From NCBI GenBank assembly GCA_028710695.1, contig JAQTTP010000002.1, forward strand, positions 92,373-124,372: DNA of 32,000 nucleotides. Direction: 5' to 3'. Below the pieces are notes generated by a model that saw nothing but the letters and a program-made list of their open reading frames with translations, was not told the DNA's origin and did no database searches. The position numbers and the translations under genes are program-made. This DNA comes from Candidatus Iainarchaeum sp. (GTDB taxonomy: Archaea > Iainarchaeota > Iainarchaeia > Iainarchaeales > 0-14-0-20-30-16). Shown one piece after another: positions 5,567 to 13,524 of this stretch; position 1 is the stretch's first letter, and every line of letters starts with the position of its first letter.

Positions 5567-6828
5567 TATCTCCACCTTGTTTTGTATTTAGTAAATTGCA
5601 AAAATATTGCGCTTGCCCAGAAGAAAATCTGCGCAGGAGTATAGATTATTGGAGTTAATAATAATATAATAATATGTTTGAAAGTAATCTTCTCCTTACT
5701 CTCATAAAATCCAACAATATATGCTACAATCCACAAGATAAATGCAATTATTATTATAAAAAATAAAGACGAAAGCACATACATCGGATTTACTTCAAAA
5801 TACTTCTGTATCGCCACGAAAGGATTCGGGACTATTTTTAGATATATATACCAGTATATTTTTGTTATAAAAGTACTCAAAAAAGAGTAGAAGTTTGTTA
5901 TTAAATAATAAATTATTACTGCCAACATGCTGATTGTAACACTTACTATTGGTATCATAACTATTGAGAAAAATCCAAACTGTGGATCAAAAGCCATTTT
6001 TCTGTATTTTGCAAAGTTTATCAACGAGCCTCTGTTCCATCTTATTCTCTGCCAAAACAGTTTCTTCCAAGTTGGCATCACTTTTGTGGAAACTCTTGCA
6101 GATTTTGAACTAAAGATTTTATATCCCGCTTGTCTAATTCTAAAAGTAATCTCCATGTCTTCTGTAGGAGTTATGTCTTGGCTGTAGAACCCGCCAATCT
6201 TTTTCAACAAATTTTTTCTATATAGACTCAACGGCCCTTTAGTAACATATATTGATTCTAAGCCACCATAAGCAGTCAATAAAAAGTTAGAAAATATGTA
6301 TTCAATATGTTGAAACCATTCCACAAGCTTTTGTGGATTTTTTACAACCATCTTTGTTGTTACTGCGCCAACTGTTTTATCATCAAAATAACCAGTTATA
6401 TACTTCAGTGAATTTTTTTCAGGGAATGCATCGGCATCAACACAGCCGACTAGTTCATATTTTGCAATTTGAGTTGCCTCATTTAGACTTTCTGATTTTC
6501 CTCTTTGCCCTTTTTTCTTTACAACTCTTATGAAATTATATCTTTTTGCGAAGTTTGTTGCTAAAGAATAACTCTTATCTGTAGAGTTGTCATCTACTAC
6601 AATAACTTCAAAATCACCTTTGTGATTATTTTTCATTTCTACCAAAGATTTTAAAGTGTCCACAATTGTATTTTCTTCATTCCAAATTGGTACAACTATA
6701 GATACGCCATAATTCTTCTTAGACAGGGGGTCTTTTTTTGTTCTAAATTCAAAATATGCAAAGATATAGAGGATTACAAAGAAGAGCAAAATTCCAATGG
6801 AAAAAAGCAAAATATAATCCACGTACAT
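5566..6828 (-). CDS. Processive family-2 glycosyltransferase (cellulose/chitin/PNAG-synthase-like), integral membrane
   Basis: Carries the D,D,D,QxxRW signature: VVPIWNEE, VVDDNSTD, VDADA, TEDME, QRIRWNRG. One N-terminal TM and about four C-terminal TMs. ATG at 6828 is preferred (7 nt after the upstream stop); the track's start at 6861 is a TTG. Confidence 0.8.
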   Translation of the reverse strand: MYVDYILLFSIGILLFFVILYIFAYFEFRTKKDPLSKKNYGVSIVVPIWNEENTIVDTLKSLVEMKNNHKGDFEVIVVDDNSTDKSYSLATNFAKRYNFIRVVKKKGQRGKSESLNEATQIAKYELVGCVDADAFPEKNSLKYITGYFDDKTVGAVTTKMVVKNPQKLVEWFQHIEYIFSNFLLTAYGGLESIYVTKGPLSLYRKNLLKKIGGFYSQDITPTEDMEITFRIRQAGYKIFSSKSARVSTKVMPTWKKLFWQRIRWNRGSLINFAKYRKMAFDPQFGFFSIVMIPIVSVTISMLAVIIYYLITNFYSFLSTFITKIYWYIYLKIVPNPFVAIQKYFEVNPMYVLSSLFFIIIIAFILWIVAYIVGFYESKEKITFKHIIILLLTPIIYTPAQIFFWASAIFLQFTKYKTRWR

Positions 6829-6835
6829 TGTAAAA

Positions 6836-8509
6836 TCACTTATGACTATTAAAATAATCAAGATACTTATTAAAAAGGAGGTATTTCTCCGAACTATAAT
6901 TCACATCTGCCCCGTTGTCAAAAACAACATAAGGACTCGAAATAGAGGAAACCACTGCAAAATTATTATTTTTATCAATATAGCTTACTAACCCGGTTGA
7001 TGTAGAACCAATAGAGAATATGATATCATTGTTTTTTTCAAAATTATATCCTTGGGCCACATAAGACAATAACAGATCTTTAAAGTTCAAATGTGATAAC
7101 AAATCATAATTTTCTTCTTGTTCTAAATCGCTTGCAACAAAAATCAGAGGAACATTATAAGAAGAATGATTTTTTTCATTAAAATATCCTTTTTCTCCAT
7201 GATCTGAAACTATTACAATTAAAGTTTCATCAGACTTTCCAATTTCTTTGAGATAATTATAGAAATCATCAAAATAATAATTATAGTATTCTGTTCTACT
7301 TTGGTCTTTTAATGCAATATATTTCAAGGTATGGCCATAAATTAATTCTTGGTAAACAAATTGCTTTTCATTATTATTTGCAAGTTCTTTTAATTGGCCA
7401 AATACTGCACGATCTTCGCAAGCTTTTTCGAACTCTATCAAATGCATACAGATAAGATCTTCATCTGCACCATAATCCTCTTCTTTAAGAGTGATTATGT
7501 TTTTAAAATTATATTTAGTTATTTCGAATGGCGCACCAACATCGGAAATCAAAAAAGTTGTGTTGTAGTTGTTATCATTGAAATAATCCACAAGATTCTG
7601 TTTTTTTATTACTTTTTCAGCATACAAAGAATACCAATCACTATAAGAATATGATTCATATGGGATCAAAGTAGAAGATAGCATTGTTAACATCGCAGTT
7701 CTACTATCCTGGTTGTTTGTATAATAATTTTTATAAACTATTGAATTCTCTTTATTTTTTTCAAAAAAGTTTTTCTCCACTGGCACTTTTTTAATATCTT
7801 TATAGAACATATAATTAGGTATTTCTTCCATTACAAAAACAAATATCTTTTTGTATTTCATTTGGGGATCAAAGTTAAAATTAAGATCTTGTGAAAAACT
7901 TTTGTCAAATAAATTGAAATCATAATTAATATCAATATTCAAGTCCACAAGTTCTTTTCTATCTTCAAAAAGATATCTTATTGTATCAACATAAGGGTTT
8001 GCAAAATAATTTCCGAATATGACAGGATAAACTATTACGAGCCCAAGAACAACAAAAAAACATATTTTTATTGCTTTCCTTGAAATTATTAATTTGTCCA
8101 GCTTTATCAAATAAGCAACTACAAAAATCGCCACAAAGATCAGCAAACACAATAAGATTAGTTTATAATTAATTATCTGCTTTGCTACAAAAATCGCAGT
8201 ATCTAATTTCACAGAAAAAAATGAATATGCTTTATTTGATAAATCATTTGCAAAATAAGCATACATGAAACACTGAAGAGTATTATAAAAATACAAAATG
8301 TAGAATATTGGCGAGGTCAGTTTTCTAGAAATCTTTAATGATGCAAACAAAAATAAAAAGAAAATAAAGGCATATACCAACACGTCAAAAACATAAGAAG
8401 AAATTATCAAAGAAACATTGCTTGTAGAAAATATTTTTACGAACAGCAAACAAACTAAAGTCAGAATAATGAGTTTAAGTTTATAGTTATAGAAGTTTAA
8501 TTTACTCAT
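6836..8509 (-). CDS. Membrane-anchored alkaline-phosphatase-superfamily transferase (LtaS/EptA/BcsG-like), paralog 1
   Basis: About five N-terminal TMs, then an extracytoplasmic domain with YYTNNQDSRTAMLTMLSS and IVIVSDHGEKGYF...YNVPLIFVASD (sulfatase/PEA-transferase-type SDHGE and VPLI motifs). ATG at 8509. A TATA-like box lies 23 nt upstream. Confidence 0.7.
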   Translation of the reverse strand: MSKLNFYNYKLKLIILTLVCLLFVKIFSTSNVSLIISSYVFDVLVYAFIFFLFLFASLKISRKLTSPIFYILYFYNTLQCFMYAYFANDLSNKAYSFFSVKLDTAIFVAKQIINYKLILLCLLIFVAIFVVAYLIKLDKLIISRKAIKICFFVVLGLVIVYPVIFGNYFANPYVDTIRYLFEDRKELVDLNIDINYDFNLFDKSFSQDLNFNFDPQMKYKKIFVFVMEEIPNYMFYKDIKKVPVEKNFFEKNKENSIVYKNYYTNNQDSRTAMLTMLSSTLIPYESYSYSDWYSLYAEKVIKKQNLVDYFNDNNYNTTFLISDVGAPFEITKYNFKNIITLKEEDYGADEDLICMHLIEFEKACEDRAVFGQLKELANNNEKQFVYQELIYGHTLKYIALKDQSRTEYYNYYFDDFYNYLKEIGKSDETLIVIVSDHGEKGYFNEKNHSSYNVPLIFVASDLEQEENYDLLSHLNFKDLLLSYVAQGYNFEKNNDIIFSIGSTSTGLVSYIDKNNNFAVVSSISSPYVVFDNGADVNYSSEKYLLFNKYLDYFNSHK

Positions 8510-8531
8510 AATTTATAATTAAAATACAAAA

Positions 8532-8543
8532 GTTATATATATC
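8532..8543 (-). promoter_or_regulatory. TATA-box candidate (minus strand GATATATATAAC) for 6836-8509
   Basis: Located in the 50-nt gap between the two transferase paralogs, about 23 nt upstream of the ATG. This spacing would give a leaderless or near-leaderless mRNA. Confidence 0.4.
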
Positions 8544-8559
8544 TATCAAGAAATCAGAA

Positions 8560-10221
8560 TTACTTATCGTTAAATTCTGTTTTACTTGTTTGGTAGCAAA
8601 CCAACTGTTCTTGGAGATAATTATTATCTTTTGTTGTAGAACTTAAAATATTATACTCCCCAACATCTTTTTCTTCAAAAATGCCATTCTCAAAAGCAGT
8701 TTTGAACCCAAATGTTTTGCTTGCAGTAGGCCCAACAAAAAACAATTGTTCTTCAGGATAGTAGTCTAGCCCATATAGGTAGCTAAACAAAACAGTCTTG
8801 AAATCCAAATGCGATAATAAATTGTTGTCTTCGCGATAGGTTAAATCATTTGCAACAAAAATCAATGGAATATTATATCCTGCAGTTTTGGAATAATCTA
8901 CTTTTTCTCTAAGTCCGTGGTCAGAAACTATTGCAATAAGCAAATCTTTATCCAGGCCCTCTGCTTTTATTTTTTTGTAAAACTCTGCAAGATATTTTGA
9001 ATAATATTCTGTTTTTGACAGCCCGCTTTCTTTAATATACAAATTACTGTGCCCGTAAATAAATTCTTGCATAATAAAGACTTTTTCTTTTTTCAAATCT
9101 TCCAAAAGCCTATCTAATAACACGATATCCTCACATCCAATATCATATGGATATGGATTAAAACACATGAATTCTTTTGTCAGGGAATCATAGTTCTCTT
9201 TTATATCATTTATTTTTGACCATTTGTACTTAGCAAGCTCACAAGGGGCCGCAGTATTAGAGACATAAAAACTAGTATAATAGTTTTCGTCATTAAAATG
9301 ATCCACCAAATTATACTCTTCCATCATTGGATGGCCACACAAACTATACTCTTCAGAATAAGTATATGCTTCCGTTGGAATAAATTGAGATGATAATATA
9401 GTTACCATTGAAGGAACACTATCTTGGTTGTTTGTATAATAATTAAAATAATAATTTGAATTACCTTTTGTTATTCCAAAAAAATTCTGATCTTCTGAGA
9501 CTTTAGAGATATCTTTGTAGAATTCGCCATAAACCAGACTTTCCATGACAAAAACCACAATTTTTTTGTATTTGGACTCTTGTATAAGAGCAGGATAATT
9601 GTTTTGTTTTAAAAAAGATAGATTTGTATCACAATTAAAATCTGTCAAGGTAATTGTTTCTTTTGTTTCGGCCAGGGCATATATTGTATTCACATAAAAA
9701 TTATCAACATTAGAGACAAATATTATTGGGGTGCCGACTAATAAAAGTAAGGCCAAGAAAAGCAGAGGCAATACTGCTTTTTTTGGAAGATGAATTTTTA
9801 TAAAATTAGATAACAAATAAGAAATTACAACAGCAAGTACAAGACAAATTATAAAAAAGATCAGATAATGCCAGGGGAATAAAAATGTAAATGAAAACGA
9901 AGCATTTCCAGAATCAATTGACAAAAAAGACAACCCACGCCCAAACATATCATCCATAAAATACGAGGTAAGATATGCAGTAACTGTATGGAACAGATAC
10001 AAAAAAATAAATACAATTTTACTAAGAATAGTTGAAAGCTTATCAATCCCAATATAAATAAAGAAAAGAAGGGCATATATTCCAGAATCAAAAAGCCAAG
10101 TTGCCAAAATGTACATTGGCCTTGAACTACAAGTTAGTTTCACAGCAAGCAAGCAAATTATTGAAATAAGAATCACAAAGAAAAATACTTTCTTCCAACT
10201 CCATTTCAAAAAAAATGACAT
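8560..10221 (-). CDS. Membrane-anchored alkaline-phosphatase-superfamily transferase (LtaS/EptA/BcsG-like), paralog 2
   Basis: Same architecture as paralog 1 (YYTNNQDSVPSMVTILSS; AIVSDHGLREK...YNIPLIFVAND). ATG at 10221 (MSFFLKWSWKK) is preferred; the track's start at 10236 is a GTG. Confidence 0.7.
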   Translation of the reverse strand: MSFFLKWSWKKVFFFVILISIICLLAVKLTCSSRPMYILATWLFDSGIYALLFFIYIGIDKLSTILSKIVFIFLYLFHTVTAYLTSYFMDDMFGRGLSFLSIDSGNASFSFTFLFPWHYLIFFIICLVLAVVISYLLSNFIKIHLPKKAVLPLLFLALLLLVGTPIIFVSNVDNFYVNTIYALAETKETITLTDFNCDTNLSFLKQNNYPALIQESKYKKIVVFVMESLVYGEFYKDISKVSEDQNFFGITKGNSNYYFNYYTNNQDSVPSMVTILSSQFIPTEAYTYSEEYSLCGHPMMEEYNLVDHFNDENYYTSFYVSNTAAPCELAKYKWSKINDIKENYDSLTKEFMCFNPYPYDIGCEDIVLLDRLLEDLKKEKVFIMQEFIYGHSNLYIKESGLSKTEYYSKYLAEFYKKIKAEGLDKDLLIAIVSDHGLREKVDYSKTAGYNIPLIFVANDLTYREDNNLLSHLDFKTVLFSYLYGLDYYPEEQLFFVGPTASKTFGFKTAFENGIFEEKDVGEYNILSSTTKDNNYLQEQLVCYQTSKTEFNDK

Positions 10222-10305
10222 AAAATCACACCACACATTTTATGTTCCTGTTTGATATTTTTGCAATTTTTTCTGAGCATAAATTCAAACTTGACATAAG
10301 ACCAC

Positions 10306-11190
10306 TCAAACTAGTAAAAATATAATATATGCTAAGGGACAAATAATTATAAAATAGATTATAAATTTCTTCCAACTACCATCAATTAAAGCAACAAAAA
10401 CACTTGTAATTAAAGATAGCACACCAATGTAAACATATATTGCTAATTTTGCAGTTTCCAATAGCACCGCATCAAAAGAAAATACATCTATTGTTGTATC
10501 AAAAGAGAAATTGGATACTATGTTCAACACCCATTTCAGCACAAGAGGCACAATTACTGCCGACGATATTAGCAAGGTGTATTTCTGTATTGTAAGCCCA
10601 ACTTGCTTTTCTTTCTCAACAATTTCAGTTTCGATCAGATTTTTTGACAATTTTGTAAATAGTTCCGAGACCTCAATTCCCGATTCATAAGATATTTTCA
10701 AGTAATTTATTATCTGCCTTAACTTTACATTTTTATTTCTCTTAACAATGTTATCTAAAGCATCTTGAACTGCCGTTCCTTTTGTTATCTGAGAATGGCA
10801 GATTTTGAATTCATAAGACAAAACATTATTTGAAATTGAATTATCCGAAAAATATTTTATTATTTCTATGATATCTGTTCCTTTTGGAAACAAAGAGGCT
10901 TGTATTAAAAGATCTGAAAGCCCAAGAGTTATTTTTTTCTGTTTATAATCTTCAAGATAGATGAAAAACAAATAAAAGAACAAAAAAGAAAATAAGGCCA
11001 CAAAAATTATAAGACAAAGTAAAAGAAGTAAAGAAATTGTGCCAATAATATAAAAAAACAACAAAACACTAAATAAAAAAACAAATAATGTAAAGGAGTA
11101 TTTTATATAGTCCGAGAGATCCAGAGAATTTTTGCTTAGAATAAATTCAAAATCAGATTTTAGCTTTGAAAAATTGAAGTTTATTTGCAT
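10306..11190 (-). CDS. Type IV pilus platform protein, single T2SSF domain (TadC/EpdK-like)
   Basis: 294 aa. N-terminal TM pair, a cytoplasmic helical domain (LLIQASLFPKGTDIIEIIKYF...ALDNIVKRNKNVKLRQIINYLKISYESG), then C-terminal TMs. TAATG stop/start overlap with the upstream gene at 11190. Confidence 0.65.
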   Translation of the reverse strand: MQINFNFSKLKSDFEFILSKNSLDLSDYIKYSFTLFVFLFSVLLFFYIIGTISLLLLLCLIIFVALFSFLFFYLFFIYLEDYKQKKITLGLSDLLIQASLFPKGTDIIEIIKYFSDNSISNNVLSYEFKICHSQITKGTAVQDALDNIVKRNKNVKLRQIINYLKISYESGIEVSELFTKLSKNLIETEIVEKEKQVGLTIQKYTLLISSAVIVPLVLKWVLNIVSNFSFDTTIDVFSFDAVLLETAKLAIYVYIGVLSLITSVFVALIDGSWKKFIIYFIIICPLAYIIFLLV

Positions 11191-11954
11191 TATCTGCCCT
11201 CCTTAAGATGATAAGGCATTTGATAAACTACAAAAGAGATATAGACAATATCAATTAAAGGAAATACAGCAAAGAATAGGATCATTAGCTGAGTCGGAGT
11301 AATATTAACTTGAATTATAGTAGATCCCACTGTAACAAACATTAGATATAAAGAAGGAAGAATTGCTGTGGCTGCAATAAAAAACAAGGAATACATTACT
11401 AATTTACTTGAATACCCTTTTGCTTCAAGTTTTTGTTTATTTAGTAATTCTTGCGCCAAAGTAGTCAAAATATTATCTTTATACCCAGATTCATAAAGCA
11501 CCATTATTTGTGATAAAGACCTTTTTAGAGGGACTGAATTTATTCGTTCAGCAATTTTAAAGAAAGAATCTTGCAAATTACTGCCTTTTAAATAATTAAA
11601 CAACAACTTTTCAAAAACAATATTTATTGTTTTGTATTTTCGTGAATTTACTTTTATTGAATCCAGAAAATCAGAGTTCAAAAATAAACTTATATCCAAA
11701 TCCATTAAAAAATAAGGCAAATCTTTTTCTAGGTTCCCAATAAAATGTTTTTTCAGCAAGTAAGGCAGCACTAAGCAAAAGGCATAGATACATAAACTAA
11801 AGAACGCAGAATAAACAAGAGCATACACTGAAAAAAAAGGAAATAAAAACGCAAGGAACACAAAATATCCAATTATTAATGATTTAAACATCAACTTTCT
11901 ATATTCTTTTTCGCCCTTGTTAAAAAACAAACTTACATAAAACAATTCTTTCAT
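11190..11954 (-). CDS. Type IV pilus platform protein, single T2SSF domain (TadB/EpdJ-like)
   Basis: About 254 aa from ATG at 11954, which is 1 nt after the ATPase TGA stop; the track's start at 11963 is a GTG. N-terminal TMs, a helical domain (FFKIAERINSVPLKRSLSQIMVLYESGY), then C-terminal TMs. Confidence 0.65.
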   Translation of the reverse strand: MKELFYVSLFFNKGEKEYRKLMFKSLIIGYFVFLAFLFPFFSVYALVYSAFFSLCIYAFCLVLPYLLKKHFIGNLEKDLPYFLMDLDISLFLNSDFLDSIKVNSRKYKTINIVFEKLLFNYLKGSNLQDSFFKIAERINSVPLKRSLSQIMVLYESGYKDNILTTLAQELLNKQKLEAKGYSSKLVMYSLFFIAATAILPSLYLMFVTVGSTIIQVNITPTQLMILFFAVFPLIDIVYISFVVYQMPYHLKEGR

Positions 11955-11955
11955 T

Positions 11956-13524
11956 TCATTCACTTAAAATATATGAATTAAACATTTTACTAAACTCGTC
12001 TATCTTTAGTTCTTTATCAGCAAGTAAAAACTCAAGATAATCCCTTAATTCTTTTGCTAGCACAGAATATTTCTTTCCAAACACAAGTTCTATTTTTTCT
12101 TTAACTTTTTTGCTTTCATTTACTTGCTCAAATTCATTTTTCAAAGCATTATATTTAAACAAGATATTTACTTTTGAATTTTCAACTTCTGCAATTTCAA
12201 ACAACTTTCTTCGTTCTATTTTCTTCCCGTCTTTTATAGAGGTCCACCTTTTTTGTAGAATAATTAAATCCAATGCATTCAAATCCTGCTCAGTTAGCCC
12301 CAAATTCTTAAGCCTAGATATCGTTTCGTTCACGCTAAGCCCATGAAATGTGGCATAGCTTCCCTTTCCCTGGCCCGCAAGAATAGTATCTAAATAGGCA
12401 TCAACTTCTTCTTTAGTCCTTATTTCCCCAACAATCACTCTATCGGGCCGCATTCTTAAAGTTGTTTTTATTAAATCTGTCATATTTATTTTCTGTTCCG
12501 CATTAACTTTCAAGCAAACTCTATGGTTATGGGGGATGTTTATTTCAGGGGTTTCTTCAGTAATAATTATTCGCTCATCTAAAGGAACAAAAGAAAATAA
12601 TGAGTTCAGAAGGGTGGTTTTTCCACTCCCTGTATTTCCTGCAATAAGAACATTAATTTCTGACTGCATGGCCAAGGCAAGAAAAATTGCGAGGTCTAAA
12701 GAAATCGTGTTATTTTTTATAAGATCCAAGGGAGTCAGAGGGTTAAATCTAAATTTTCTTATGGTAATTGAAATTCCAGAATTAACAACCGGCTTAATAA
12801 TTGCATTAAGCCTTGATCCATCTTTTAAACTTGCATTTAAAATTGGGCTAGACAAAGTAATCCTTCTACCAATGTTTCTAGACATTTTATTAACTAGCTC
12901 TCGCAAATAGTTTTCATTAGTGAAATATAAATTTGAGTCATGCCAGCCTTTGTTGATTACATATACACAGATTTTTTTGTCTTTGCCATAACCATTTATT
13001 GCTATTTCCTCAATATCTTTACTATCTAATAAATAAGACAAGGGCCCAAAAGAAAATAATTCTTTTCTTATTATTTCCAACAAATATTTTTGCTGGTCAT
13101 TTTCAAGAATTATATTCTTTAAATTACAAAACTCCACAAATTGTGTTTCCAACTCTGCTTCTAAGTTCTCCGAAGGGATATCTTCTATACTTTTCAAAAA
13201 CACAGACATAAGATATTTTTCTGCATCTGATAGCTTTTTTATTTTTAGAATACAGGATCCGTCAAGATAAAAATTATCAAACTCAGCAGTATCTTTAGAT
13301 CCCGCCTTTTCAAGTTCCCAGCCCAAATCTACTGCAGAATATTCTAAAAGTTCTTTTTCTTCTTGTATTTCAGGGAACTTAAAAGAATTATATTTTTGTA
13401 AAACTTTTCGCTTTAAGTTTTTGAAAATTAGTTTTGTTTTCTTTATCTTACTTTTTTTTGCCTTTATAATTTCCATTAAAAATAAAAAAGGAAAAAGAGA
13501 ATCACTTACTTTGTGATAACTCAT
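11956..13524 (-). CDS. Type II/IV secretion-family ATPase (FlaI/TadA/EpdL-like)
   Basis: Walker A AGNTGSGKTTLLNSL. Asp/His-box region IITEETPEINIP...RPDRVIVGEIRTKEE...GSYATFHG. The start at 13524 overlaps the DsbA-like gene by 23 nt. An alternative start is M17 at 13476. Confidence 0.85.
   Translation of the reverse strand: MSYHKVSDSLFPFLFLMEIIKAKKSKIKKTKLIFKNLKRKVLQKYNSFKFPEIQEEKELLEYSAVDLGWELEKAGSKDTAEFDNFYLDGSCILKIKKLSDAEKYLMSVFLKSIEDIPSENLEAELETQFVEFCNLKNIILENDQQKYLLEIIRKELFSFGPLSYLLDSKDIEEIAINGYGKDKKICVYVINKGWHDSNLYFTNENYLRELVNKMSRNIGRRITLSSPILNASLKDGSRLNAIIKPVVNSGISITIRKFRFNPLTPLDLIKNNTISLDLAIFLALAMQSEINVLIAGNTGSGKTTLLNSLFSFVPLDERIIITEETPEINIPHNHRVCLKVNAEQKINMTDLIKTTLRMRPDRVIVGEIRTKEEVDAYLDTILAGQGKGSYATFHGLSVNETISRLKNLGLTEQDLNALDLIILQKRWTSIKDGKKIERRKLFEIAEVENSKVNILFKYNALKNEFEQVNESKKVKEKIELVFGKKYSVLAKELRDYLEFLLADKELKIDEFSKMFNSYILSE

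Noticed and set aside
10306-11954. The two single-domain T2SSF genes as a frameshifted FlaJ/PilC pseudogene
   Set aside because: Both ORFs are complete, each has its own N-terminal TM segments, and they are joined by a TAATG stop/start overlap typical of translational coupling. Two-gene platform arrangements are known from Tad (TadB/TadC) and methanogen Epd (EpdJ/EpdK) systems.
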